Positions 9,406 to 18,768 of a stretch of 64,000 bases of DNA are shown here, piece after piece. The stretch covers positions 1-64,000 of IMG/VR virus record IMGVR_UViG_3300020469_003886; one strand, given 5' to 3'. Position 1 is the first letter of the stretch; the number at the start of each line of letters is the position of its first letter. This DNA comes from a virus. The notes beneath the pieces are model-generated. The model searched no databases, was not told the DNA's origin, and worked only from the letters and a program-made list of their open reading frames with translations. The position numbers were made by a program, and so were the translations under genes.

Positions 9406-10499
9406 TAATTTTGTGATATGCTGATGTTGTTACCAGCACCTCCATCTCCTACATTAAAATTTCTCATTCTAAAATCTTCTTGATCTAAATCAATTGTGTA
9501 ACCATATTGTTTACTTAATCTAAGTTGTACCACACTGTTGGCACCTTCTTTTCTAAACAACCACGACTCTCCTTGATCAAGTACTGTAACACCTTCTGCT
9601 TCTGTTATTGCTTTCTTTTTAACAAACACATCTGTGAGTTGTGACAAAAACTCTTGTGAAAGTATCTTGTTGATTTGGTCAAGCACATCAATTAAAAAAT
9701 CTCCTGCCAAGAAATCAATGTCTAACTGTGTTTGCCATTGGCTGTCATCGTTAGCAAGTAAATCTTGATTGAGTATTTCTAGTTCTAAAAAATCTAATCC
9801 CAATATATCTGCAACCACCTGCGTTCTCTCTGTTTCTACCACTTCGTCAATTTCTTTTGGTGGTGATAATATCAAAAGGTTGCCAATGAACGATTCGTCC
9901 ATTTCCAACAACACTGCTGGAGTTGGTCTGCTTTCTGCTACATCTACCCTTGTGGCTTGGAATGCTTCATTGAGAATTACCTGTCCCATGTCAGAATCAA
10001 CTGCAATTTCCCCTACCACGCAATCGCCATTGGTATTACAACTTGGCAATAGAATGATTGTTGAACCTCCGAGTTCATCAACAATCATTGCAAAGTCTGT
10101 ACCACGTACACCAATCGTTGCTGTTGGTGTTTTAATTGTTACGTTTTCTCTAAAATCTTTTGCTATCTGTCCTGATGCATATCTTACTGTGCCTAGTGCG
10201 GCAGTTATTGTAAGACTTCCTTGATTATTTGCTGGGTCATACACAAACTCATCAATAATTAATTTTGAATGTTCTGTTATTTCAACACGAGTATCATCGA
10301 TGAAGTTGATTGCTGTCCTTCCTTGACCTACCATTACTTCGTCATAGGAAAAAACTCCAAGGCTTGTTTCTATATCAAACTTCTCACCGTCTGTGCGTTT
10401 GATCTGACCGTTTCCTTGAATCTCACTTACTTCACCAATGGTTGCTTGTGCTGATGACCAGGCTACTAGAGTGACTAATAGCACTATTATAAATCGCAT
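9405..10499 (-). CDS. FecR-domain secreted protein
   Basis: Signal peptide; IKTPTATIGVRGTDF FecR motif. Confidence 0.85.
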   Translation of the reverse strand: MRFIIVLLVTLVAWSSAQATIGEVSEIQGNGQIKRTDGEKFDIETSLGVFSYDEVMVGQGRTAINFIDDTRVEITEHSKLIIDEFVYDPANNQGSLTITAALGTVRYASGQIAKDFRENVTIKTPTATIGVRGTDFAMIVDELGGSTIILLPSCNTNGDCVVGEIAVDSDMGQVILNEAFQATRVDVAESRPTPAVLLEMDESFIGNLLILSPPKEIDEVVETERTQVVADILGLDFLELEILNQDLLANDDSQWQTQLDIDFLAGDFLIDVLDQINKILSQEFLSQLTDVFVKKKAITEAEGVTVLDQGESWLFRKEGANSVVQLRLSKQYGYTIDLDQEDFRMRNFNVGDGGAGNNISISQN

Positions 10500-10504
10500 A
10501 ATAA

Positions 10505-11215
10505 TTAGTCACTCTGAGTAATATCTACATCGTGTTCGTCACCGCTAAAGTCTGCGTCTACCACTGCATCATTAGTACCACTTTGTGTAACGTTGTAAGT
10601 TGAACCACCACCTGTGATATCTAAATTCACTGTGTGTCCGTTACTGTCACCGTTACCGTCCATTGTTATGACAACTGCGTTACCTTCATCGTTATCAGTT
10701 GAATTAGTTGATAAAGATGATGCGTTGTTCATTACTAATGTTACTGCCGCTGATGTACCATCAACGTCTGTTGTGATCACGTTATGGTCACCTGTTACCG
10801 TAAAGTTTGCTACCATGTTATCGGCTGTTGCTGTTTCACCAACATAAACTGTATATGCGTTGTCGTCACCTGTTGTCGTAATATTAAGTGTAACGTCATC
10901 ACATTTACCTGCTGATGCTGTTGAACATTTTAGGTCTACAGTGTTTGAGTTACCTGTAAACGTCCATGTACCTGTGTAGTTTGCTCCTTTGATAACTGCA
11001 TCAATTACGTTTGTGTTACCTGTTTGTGTGATTGCGAAAGTCATATCATCACCTGCCAAGGTCACATCAGTTGTGCCGTCACCAAATTGGTTATTGGTTC
11101 CATCTTGTGTGATATCTAAATCTAGTGTATCACCAATTTGATCTATATAGATATCATTAGCCAATGCTGGTAAACTAAACATCACTAAAAATAATGTTAT
11201 AATCCACGTTTTCAT
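10505..11215 (-). CDS. curlin-like (CsgA/CsgB-type) repeat protein
   Basis: Signal peptide; repeats such as NDIYIDQIGDTLDLDITQDGTNN, ITQTGNTN, VTQSGTND. Confidence 0.75.
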   Translation of the reverse strand: MKTWIITLFLVMFSLPALANDIYIDQIGDTLDLDITQDGTNNQFGDGTTDVTLAGDDMTFAITQTGNTNVIDAVIKGANYTGTWTFTGNSNTVDLKCSTASAGKCDDVTLNITTTGDDNAYTVYVGETATADNMVANFTVTGDHNVITTDVDGTSAAVTLVMNNASSLSTNSTDNDEGNAVVITMDGNGDSNGHTVNLDITGGGSTYNVTQSGTNDAVVDADFSGDEHDVDITQSD

Positions 11216-12039
11216 TTGCTTCCCTCTCCGTTATGGTGCATTGTGTGAGGAGTATATGTAACTTTGTATGTCCATAATCCCTTGTCTGCACCTTGCTCTA
11301 CTACTTCAACTATGCACTGCTCAATTGCGGCTCTCACTGCATAATTGACTGGCTCATTAAATGCTGAACCAGATTCTATTTCAATTAACTTTGTACCAAG
11401 GTCTAAAAATTTAAACACATCAGCACCAGTTGAATAACTTGCTATGTCTTTTTGTGTTGCAACGGAAAGGAGAACTTCTCCGGAGCTCACTGAAACAATA
11501 CGCATTGCCACTGTTACTGTGTCAACACGATATTGAGTTTTGCCACCAATACCTAAATATCTAGCGCCGGCGCCTCCTGTGACTACATTTGAATCATAGC
11601 CAACAACTGCGCCTTCAACAATCAATCCGGCAAACAACAAAGGTTTTAACTTTTTGTCTTTTTCGCCATCGTATTGTTCTCTAGTTGATCTTATCAATTG
11701 TCTTTCTTTGACCAAGTTGTCAAGACCACCACGTTCTACAACTTGGAACCAAGTACCATTGCCTACTTCTTGTAATGCTTGTATAACCCATACTTCAGCA
11801 CCTTGTGTAACTGCCGAACTCAATTGGCTGAAGTTTGTATTTGGTTTACGTTGACCAGTCTTATCACCAAAATTATAAACTGCAATTGTGATCCTAGGAC
11901 CATCTAATTCTGGTATCTTTTGAAAAAGTTTTATTAATGGTGCTTCTGCATTTACAGGAAGTTTGTATCCTGTCATACCAGCATGTCCGGCACATCCTGC
12001 CAAGGCTATCAATAATAATAAAGCAAATATCTGTCTCAT
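11212..12039 (-). CDS. csgG: curli secretion channel CsgG family lipoprotein
   Basis: Start MRQIF, lipobox LAGC, AVYNFGDKTGQRKP, SSAVTQGA, WFQVVERGGLDNLVKERQLIR. Confidence 0.92.
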   Translation of the reverse strand: MRQIFALLLLIALAGCAGHAGMTGYKLPVNAEAPLIKLFQKIPELDGPRITIAVYNFGDKTGQRKPNTNFSQLSSAVTQGAEVWVIQALQEVGNGTWFQVVERGGLDNLVKERQLIRSTREQYDGEKDKKLKPLLFAGLIVEGAVVGYDSNVVTGGAGARYLGIGGKTQYRVDTVTVAMRIVSVSSGEVLLSVATQKDIASYSTGADVFKFLDLGTKLIEIESGSAFNEPVNYAVRAAIEQCIVEVVEQGADKGLWTYKVTYTPHTMHHNGEGSK

Positions 12040-12040
12040 G

Positions 12041-12499
12041 TTAAAATCCAAAATCCCCAACTGGTACCGTAAGTGTTGTAACAGTACCATCTGCTTCAGT
12101 AATTCTAATTGATATTGTTCCTAAGTCTGTGTCTCTTTCCCAAAAGATTGTAGCACCTTCAATTTCTGCTGTGCCTGTTGATGCACCATCAGAAGCGAAC
12201 ATATTATCTACCAATTGTTTAGATAGATTAGCATATATTCTTGATTCAACGTTTGCTATGAATTTGTTTATTACTTCGTTCTTTTCATCACGTTCAGCAT
12301 CTCTAAGTTTTCTTTCTTCATTTTTGCGTATTTCTTCTTTACGCTGAAATTGAAGTTGTTCAGTTGCTAGGTAATGATTGGATTGCCCGATACCTGAAAA
12401 GGATGGGTTTGAAAATTCTTGGACTAATTCGCTGGCCTGAATAGGACTTGTGAAAAGTGCGAACGCCAGAACGGTAGTGTATAATGCTTTTATTTTCAT
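12041..12499 (-). CDS. csgF: curli assembly protein CsgF family
   Basis: Signal peptide then ASELVQEFSNPSFSG; lies upstream of csgG. Confidence 0.85.
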   Translation of the reverse strand: MKIKALYTTVLAFALFTSPIQASELVQEFSNPSFSGIGQSNHYLATEQLQFQRKEEIRKNEERKLRDAERDEKNEVINKFIANVESRIYANLSKQLVDNMFASDGASTGTAEIEGATIFWERDTDLGTISIRITEADGTVTTLTVPVGDFGF

Positions 12500-12553
12500 A
12501 ACTCTGCTCTAATAACTATAGTTATAACTATTTAAGTCCTATAGAGCAGAATT
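12500..12553 (-). promoter_or_regulatory. 12-bp inverted repeat masking the csgF RBS, with late-promoter-like TAAATA in the loop
   Basis: AATTCTGCTCTA...TAAATA...TAGAGCAGAGTT-ATG. Confidence 0.6.
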
Positions 12554-12601
12554 AAGTTTATACTTTATGGTTGTTGGTGTTTATTTTAGTTTTTTTGTTG
12601 T

Positions 12602-12808
12602 TTATTTTGTTGTAATAAATTGTTCTTCACATTGATCTTGTGATGCTGTAAGCCCACCTTTTTTGCCATATATCCATACGTAACTAGATATTATTGTACC
12701 ATCATCTACGTTGCATTTTTTACCAAATGACATCCTTGGGTCTTTGGGCACTACAGAACATCCAGCCATTAAAATTGCTGTTGTTATTAATAGTACTATT
12801 TTTTTCAT
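12602..12808 (-). CDS. small lipoprotein
   Basis: Lipobox MAGC; AAGGAG SD. Confidence 0.75.
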   Translation of the reverse strand: MKKIVLLITTAILMAGCSVVPKDPRMSFGKKCNVDDGTIISSYVWIYGKKGGLTASQDQCEEQFITTK

Positions 12809-12818
12809 TGTTTTCTCC

Positions 12819-14024
12819 TTAGTTAAATCTTTTGTATATTTCTTTTAAACAGTCTATAAGATAATCAACTTCTTGTTTGGTGCTGTATACACCTGTTGAT
12901 ATCCTACAGGAACCTGTCCATCCTATTTGCCTATGTAACATCTGTGTACAATGATGTCCTGGTCTTGTTGCTATACCATATACATCTAAAAATGATGCCA
13001 TATCTTGATGATGTATGTTGCCAAGATTAAATGATATCACTGCACTACGTTTATCAGTACCAATAAATTTCATTTCTGGCAATTCAGACATTTTTTGATA
13101 AGCATAGTTGATTACTTCTTCTTCATGTTTGACCATTTCATCAAAATTAGTATCAACATAAAAATTTAATGCTTCATGCAATCCAACAATTTCTGTAACT
13201 GCTAGTGTGCCTGCTTCCCATTTTTTAGATCCTTCAGCAAAATCAACATCATCATGGGACACTGTTGTTATCATTCCGCCACCGCCTAATGCTGGATCTA
13301 AATTGTCGATCCATTTACGTTTTGCATACATAACTCCAATTCCACTTGGACCGTACATTTTATGTCCACTCATTGCATAAAAGTCACAATCTAAATCTTG
13401 CATATCAATTTTGATATGTGGTGCACCTTGTGTACCATCAACTGCAACTGCAATATTATGTTTGTGTGCAATATCACAAACACGTTTTATATCTACTGTT
13501 TGCCCTGTTGTGTTTGACACATGAGTAATTGCAATAATTTTTGTGCGATCTGTGATTAATGATTCTAACTGATCAATATCTACTTGATGCTGTTCGTTAA
13601 CTTTTAAAAATTTAATCACTGCTCCATTAAATTTTCTTTGTAAATGCCATGGTATGTAATTAGAATGATGTTCAACTTCTGTTGTGATAATTTCATCACC
13701 TGGTTTCATTGTTCTACCAAATGATGTCGAAACCATATTGATTGCTTCTGTGGCTGATTTTGTAAAAACAATTTCATCTTTGTCTTTGGCATTTATAAAA
13801 TCAGCAACTGCCTGCCTACTGCTTTCTACTAATGCTGTTGCATGATTTGATAATTCGTGTATGCTTCTTCCAATACTTGAATATTCTTCAGTCATAAATT
13901 TATTCATTCTATCAATCACACGTTGTGGCTTTTGTGATGAGTTTGCACTGTCTAAATACACTAATGGTTTACCACTAGGTAATTGTTTATTCAATATTGG
14001 AAATTGTGATCTAATATGTTCCAT
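12819..14024 (-). CDS. sufS: cysteine desulfurase, SufS type
   Basis: YLDSANSSQKP, EHHSN, SGHKMYGPSGIG, RPGHHC. Confidence 0.93.
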   Translation of the reverse strand: MEHIRSQFPILNKQLPSGKPLVYLDSANSSQKPQRVIDRMNKFMTEEYSSIGRSIHELSNHATALVESSRQAVADFINAKDKDEIVFTKSATEAINMVSTSFGRTMKPGDEIITTEVEHHSNYIPWHLQRKFNGAVIKFLKVNEQHQVDIDQLESLITDRTKIIAITHVSNTTGQTVDIKRVCDIAHKHNIAVAVDGTQGAPHIKIDMQDLDCDFYAMSGHKMYGPSGIGVMYAKRKWIDNLDPALGGGGMITTVSHDDVDFAEGSKKWEAGTLAVTEIVGLHEALNFYVDTNFDEMVKHEEEVINYAYQKMSELPEMKFIGTDKRSAVISFNLGNIHHQDMASFLDVYGIATRPGHHCTQMLHRQIGWTGSCRISTGVYSTKQEVDYLIDCLKEIYKRFN

Positions 14025-14035
14025 AAAAATCTTTC

Positions 14036-14111
14036 TGGTGGAGGATAGCGGGATCGAACCGCTGACCTCCTGAATGCAAATCAGGCGCTCTCCCGGCTGA
14101 GCTAATCCCCC
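14036..14111 (-). tRNA. tRNA-Ala(TGC), CCA encoded
   Basis: Cloverleaf; anticodon arm CCTGA-TTTGCAT-TCAGG; G3:U70. Confidence 0.97.
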
Positions 14112-14749
14112 AGTTCATTATTAACCAATTTATTTATCTGCTCCACAAACCACGTGTATCCTTCTTTTCCAGGATGGCAATCATCTTTTGCCAATGGAAA
14201 GTCTCTTTGACATGTTTCAAAATCGATAGGCAAAAAATCAACGTTGTTAAACGGCAGTGTTGTTTCTCTTTGAGATGCTCTTGCATGATATTGTTTTTTA
14301 ACTTTGTCTTTTAGATAATAATCAGCATGATTAACATAACAAAGATATTGATTCAGCATATCGTAATCATCATGCATATATTTGTAATATGCTTCTGCTG
14401 TTTTTATAATTTTCATATCTGTAGGATGTTTGTAGTCTGGATAGAATTTTATTTTACCTGGTATATCCCATTCTACGTGATCTCCTGTACCATTTATTCC
14501 ACGTCTATGTGTATCTTGTAGAATACACCACCTATCCATATGAGTCCACAGCACAACAACTACATCAGACTTGTGAAAATCAAAGTTCATTATTTCCCAC
14601 CAAATTCTTTTAGTAGATGCTCCAGGTACTCCCATATTGACTAAACCCATATTCCATTTAGTGGCTAATTGACTAGGCCACGAGTCTTTAGGATTATCTA
14701 ATGCTGATCCCCATGTTACACTACACCCAAAAGTAACTAATCTATTCAT
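14102..14749 (-). CDS. SGNH/GDSL-like hydrolase; stop codon lies inside tRNA-Ala
   Basis: FGCSVTWG, NMGVPGAS, DDCHPG motifs. Confidence 0.7.
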   Translation of the reverse strand: MNRLVTFGCSVTWGSALDNPKDSWPSQLATKWNMGLVNMGVPGASTKRIWWEIMNFDFHKSDVVVVLWTHMDRWCILQDTHRRGINGTGDHVEWDIPGKIKFYPDYKHPTDMKIIKTAEAYYKYMHDDYDMLNQYLCYVNHADYYLKDKVKKQYHARASQRETTLPFNNVDFLPIDFETCQRDFPLAKDDCHPGKEGYTWFVEQINKLVNNELGD

Positions 14750-14964
14750 TTATTTTTTAAATCTTCTTCTAATTTTTTAAGTTTTTTATCTATCTTTTTA
14801 TTTAACTTATCAACCTGTTTGTTCAATTGTTTTAAATTTTCCATATATTCGTTAAATTTATTTAATGGTAACATGTTGTCAACTGTCTTAAATTGACTTT
14901 GCATGACTTTTTTAATATACAAAGGATGACGTTTTAAATCAATTAGGTTACTTGTTTTTTTCAT
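14746..14964 (-). CDS. small coiled-coil protein
   Basis: Coupled ORF with heptad-like C-terminus. Confidence 0.6.
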   Translation of the reverse strand: MKKTSNLIDLKRHPLYIKKVMQSQFKTVDNMLPLNKFNEYMENLKQLNKQVDKLNKKIDKKLKKLEEDLKNK

Positions 14965-15883
14965 ATACTCTTTTTACTACCTTACCAATATTTACTCTAT
15001 TATACATTTGATCTCTGTGGAATTGCTCCCATTGCCTATCACCAAGTGCAATATGTATACAGTTGCTTGGTGTTAAATTGTATGTTTCACAAACTTTTTG
15101 CTGTGCTACATTATATTTATTCCACTGATGGTCTGGTGTAAAATTACGCATTAATTCTAAACTAATTTGCGTGTTTAAATGACAACCATGTGACCAATCT
15201 GCTTGTAAGGCTAATCTATCTTTCCTTGCATCTGAATCGTATTCAACTGTTCCGTGTTTTGAAAAACGTATGCCGGCTCTGTAATCGCCTGTGCATAATC
15301 CTTTAGTAGTAGATAGAGCAACTTCTTGGATTGCTGGATGTGATAAATCTATATCAATTCCTTTGCAAGTTCCAAACCAAGCCATATCAACAAATACAGG
15401 AATACCCAATTCATAGGCTTGATCAAACATTTCTAACATTTGTTGGTGTTGTGATCCTGTACCACTGAACGGACAACTTATAATAACAGCATCACCTTTT
15501 GCTAACGGCTTATCATCAATAAAGTCATCATAAGACCAAGGATGAACATCTCTATTGTAAGGATATTCTCCTCTAAACATTCTTAATCTTAAACCTTGCT
15601 CAAGTATGTAATAGTGAAACTCGTCAAGTGATTGTGTAACTCCTATTGACGGAAATCTGTAGTTAAAACTATCTAAACCTTTGATAGAATTTAGTTTACT
15701 CGAACTCACCCAATCTGGATAAAAGTCTACAAATTCTTCTTGGCAATTTAGATTATCACTTCTTAAAATATTATTTAAGAAATTTTTATCTAATAGGTGT
15801 GTAGCAAATTCACCATTATAGATTGAGTTGCCATTTCTTTTGAACTCTGTGTTTGATTCTGTATACTGTGATTTTTCTGCCAT
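14948..15883 (-). CDS. PLP-dependent transferase-fold protein
   Basis: VFVDMAWFG and LSTTKG...RAG resemble the fold-type I PLP site. Confidence 0.6.
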   Translation of the reverse strand: MAEKSQYTESNTEFKRNGNSIYNGEFATHLLDKNFLNNILRSDNLNCQEEFVDFYPDWVSSSKLNSIKGLDSFNYRFPSIGVTQSLDEFHYYILEQGLRLRMFRGEYPYNRDVHPWSYDDFIDDKPLAKGDAVIISCPFSGTGSQHQQMLEMFDQAYELGIPVFVDMAWFGTCKGIDIDLSHPAIQEVALSTTKGLCTGDYRAGIRFSKHGTVEYDSDARKDRLALQADWSHGCHLNTQISLELMRNFTPDHQWNKYNVAQQKVCETYNLTPSNCIHIALGDRQWEQFHRDQMYNRVNIGKVVKRVYEKNK

Positions 15884-16914
15884 TACAGATTTACTACTTG
15901 CTTTTTATTTGTCATTCTATTGTAAAAATCTATACTGGCAAGATTTTTTGCTTTAGATTCACACATAATATCAAAGTCATCTGTAAATGTCCAAGCCCAT
16001 TCATTAACAGCATCATTCCAATAGTAATCAGAGTGTGCTCTCAGTTTTGCTTTCTTGTAGCCTTGCTCTAGTAGTTTACCAAAATCTGGCTTAATACTTG
16101 CAGGATGATTTGAAAGTAAATCTTCTCTGCTGACAGAATAGTGCATAGCAGGTCTTACGCCACGCCAACTATCTTGCACACGTTTGATACGATCATCATT
16201 TGGTTTTATGTATTCACCTGCACTGTGACACCAGTGATGATGTATGTCAACTACCAATGCAACATGTTTTTCAAGTTCTAGTGAAGCATCTAGTCCCCAC
16301 GCATTTTCATCATTCTCAATTGTAATTGTGTTACGTGCTTCTGGTGTGAGTCTTGGTAATGCATCAATAATGCCTTGCGGACCTTTACGACCAGATATGT
16401 GTACGTTAATTTTAAAGTCTTGGAACTTGCGACCATATCCCATCCAACGTGCCATGTTTACATGATACTCAAATTCTTCAATTGATCTATCTACAATATC
16501 ATCTGACACAGATGCCAACACAGTAAATTGTCCAGGGTGCATAGAAAGTCTTACATCATTTGCTCGAGCAAACTCACCAATTGGTGCAAAGTGTTTTTCA
16601 CAATAATCAATCACATCTGGTTTATCCCAAAAGTATTTCCATGATGCTTCAGTTGCCACTGGCAATACAGGAGATGATATACGAACCATTTTCAATTCAT
16701 CTGGTAGTGTTGCCACATACTTGACCAGTTCATGTACAGATGCAATATTATGTCGCATCAAATCCCATAGTCTTTCTTCTGCTTCCGATTTGTGTTCATT
16801 CAACCAACGCACAGTTGTTGCACGACAGTTCAATGGTTGTTCATGTTCTTTAAGTATTTTTGTCTTCAGTGTTTGATCTGAATGCATGTACTTGCAGGCA
16901 AAACCTAATTTCAT
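15883..16914 (-). CDS. uvsE: UV damage endonuclease
   Basis: LGFAC, RLSMHPGQFTVL, TIENDE, DIHHH, AHSDY, MCESKAK. Confidence 0.93.
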   Translation of the reverse strand: MKLGFACKYMHSDQTLKTKILKEHEQPLNCRATTVRWLNEHKSEAEERLWDLMRHNIASVHELVKYVATLPDELKMVRISSPVLPVATEASWKYFWDKPDVIDYCEKHFAPIGEFARANDVRLSMHPGQFTVLASVSDDIVDRSIEEFEYHVNMARWMGYGRKFQDFKINVHISGRKGPQGIIDALPRLTPEARNTITIENDENAWGLDASLELEKHVALVVDIHHHWCHSAGEYIKPNDDRIKRVQDSWRGVRPAMHYSVSREDLLSNHPASIKPDFGKLLEQGYKKAKLRAHSDYYWNDAVNEWAWTFTDDFDIMCESKAKNLASIDFYNRMTNKKQVVNL

Positions 16915-17375
16915 AACTTTCCTAACTTTTTAACTCTTCGTTGATGTCTACCGCCTTCAAAGTCTGTTGTAAAAAATGTTTTTACAATTTTCTTTGCTTG
17001 ACTCATTGTTGTAAAGTCTGCTCCTAAGCATAACACATTTGCATTGTTATGTCTACGAGCCATTTCGGCTTCTTTTGGTGTTCTACATACTACAGCTCTG
17101 ATATCTTTAAATCTGTTGGCCGCAATGCTAACACCATACCCAGAACCACACACTAGTATACCATGAGAGTATATATCAAAACTTTTGCCAAACTCTTTTA
17201 CTACATCTGGATAGTCAACTGATTTATCTGCTTCGTGTGGTTTTAGATTCTGTATTACTGATACGTCAAATTTTGTTTCGCCATTTACATCATCTGGTGA
17301 TATAAAGTCTAATAAATTGTGTTTCATTTCTAGGCCTCTATGATCAGAGCCCATAATAAGATCAATTGTTTTCAT
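16911..17375 (-). CDS. rpiB: ribose-5-phosphate isomerase B
   Basis: GSDHRG, DYPD, CGSGYGVSIAANR, HNNANVLCLG, FEGGRHQRRV. Confidence 0.95.
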   Translation of the reverse strand: MKTIDLIMGSDHRGLEMKHNLLDFISPDDVNGETKFDVSVIQNLKPHEADKSVDYPDVVKEFGKSFDIYSHGILVCGSGYGVSIAANRFKDIRAVVCRTPKEAEMARRHNNANVLCLGADFTTMSQAKKIVKTFFTTDFEGGRHQRRVKKLGKL

Positions 17376-17381
17376 ATTATT

Positions 17382-17409
17382 AGTATATAGCATTTTGTAA
17401 ATTTGTCAA
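17382..17409 (-). promoter_or_regulatory. sigma70-type promoter, probably leaderless
   Basis: TTGACA-N16-TATACT-N6-ATG. Confidence 0.75.
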
Positions 17410-17411
17410 GC

Positions 17412-17437
17412 GGAAACGCCAGTAAACTGACGTCCCC
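17412..17437 (-). terminator. hairpin downstream of the porin gene
   Basis: GGGACGTCAGT-TT-ACTGGCGTTTCC; weak U-tract. Confidence 0.5.
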
Positions 17438-17471
17438 TATTGATCAAGTTATGTTCTGATTATGGCCTAAA

Positions 17472-18395
17472 TTAGAACGTAAATTTAAGACCAGTTGAAT
17501 AACCGTCAGTATCTATAGTAGATCCTGTGTTATCTGTGTGCTGATATTCAGCATAAGTCGATAACGATTCAGTTATTCCGTACGATAATCCGGCAGTGTA
17601 GTATGCAGTTGAATCTTCAACTTTACCATAACCACCTGTAAGTTTTGCCTTACCTTTGGTATATGTAGCAACTACTTCATTGCCAGTCACATCTGTTGCG
17701 GCATCTTTTTCAGTATATGTGTAACCAATTGTTACAGGCATACCTAAAGATGAAACATCTGCGGTTATACCAACACCATAGTAATATATGTCATTGACTT
17801 CGTCACTTGACATACCACCTGATGCTGTTATTACGCCGGCGTCATATGTTACTGTACCTTCTGATACATCAACACCATCTTTACCAGTTGAGCCATCTAT
17901 TTTGACTAAACCGTCAAATGTAAGTTTACCTATATTGTTACTATAGGCAATTGTGTTTGTATCACGTGTGAACAAATTTTGATCAGCACTTGAACCATAC
18001 ACTTCAAATACATCTGTGTGACCACTTACATTTGTTGTAAATGGTGATGCTTGACGACCCGCTGACAACGATCCTACAGGACCAAAGTTTAGACCAACAA
18101 GGGCTAATCTTGAATCCAATGGATTATTGTTCGAATCATCAGTATCAACGCCAAGTTCAAGTTTAGCAAAGCCAGTTATGCCTTCACCAATACCTTCTTC
18201 AGCATCAATACCAATAAACGATGAGTTGTTTTCTGCTTTCATATATGAATTGCCACTTGAATTCTCATCATTGCTTAACTTATAGTTAATAGAACCGTAG
18301 ATGTTTACTTCGGCTTCTGCTTCACTACAAGCAGTCAATGAGAATACAGATGCAAGTGCAACTATGAATGCTATGCTTATATATTTTCTCATCAT
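17472..18395 (-). CDS. Gram-negative porin
   Basis: Signal peptide, VNIYGSI, amphipathic beta strands, terminal GLKFTF; AGGAGG SD. Confidence 0.85.
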   Translation of the reverse strand: MMRKYISIAFIVALASVFSLTACSEAEAEVNIYGSINYKLSNDENSSGNSYMKAENNSSFIGIDAEEGIGEGITGFAKLELGVDTDDSNNNPLDSRLALVGLNFGPVGSLSAGRQASPFTTNVSGHTDVFEVYGSSADQNLFTRDTNTIAYSNNIGKLTFDGLVKIDGSTGKDGVDVSEGTVTYDAGVITASGGMSSDEVNDIYYYGVGITADVSSLGMPVTIGYTYTEKDAATDVTGNEVVATYTKGKAKLTGGYGKVEDSTAYYTAGLSYGITESLSTYAEYQHTDNTGSTIDTDGYSTGLKFTF

Positions 18396-18457
18396 TTCCT
18401 CCTTTTCTAATTCCTCTATGGAATTAATTTGCCAAGGCTATTAGCCTGGACTTAACA

Positions 18458-18486
18458 ACTATATACTAATAGTTGTATTCTGTCAA
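18458..18486 (-). promoter_or_regulatory. sigma70-type promoter for the porin
   Basis: TTGACA-N17-TATAGT; TTATCCACA at 18494-18502 just upstream. Confidence 0.7.
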
Positions 18487-18502
18487 TACATATTGTGGAT
18501 AA

Positions 18503-18757
18503 CTATTTTTTGTCTACTATATTTTGTGAGCCTCTAATCTCTAATTCTTTTTCTTCTTCTGATTGTGGCTTGGATGGTGAAACAATTTCTTCTACTATAT
18601 CCTTTGGATCTATTTCATTTGTTTCTAAAGCTCTTAAACATTCTGCTAAAGTTGGTCTTAGCCCCATTCTGTGCATCTTTGATGCAATTATCACTAATTC
18701 AAATTTTGATACATCTGGATTTGATTCCAAAACCGAATGTGCAAATACTCTTCCCAT
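18503..18757 (-). CDS. RNA polymerase omega (RpoZ)-like protein
   Basis: MGRV...SKFELVIIASK...PTL..CLRAL..NEI resembles alphaproteobacterial MARV...FELV...ALREI. Confidence 0.5.
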   Translation of the reverse strand: MGRVFAHSVLESNPDVSKFELVIIASKMHRMGLRPTLAECLRALETNEIDPKDIVEEIVSPSKPQSEEEKELEIRGSQNIVDKK

Positions 18758-18768
18758 ATATCTCCTTG

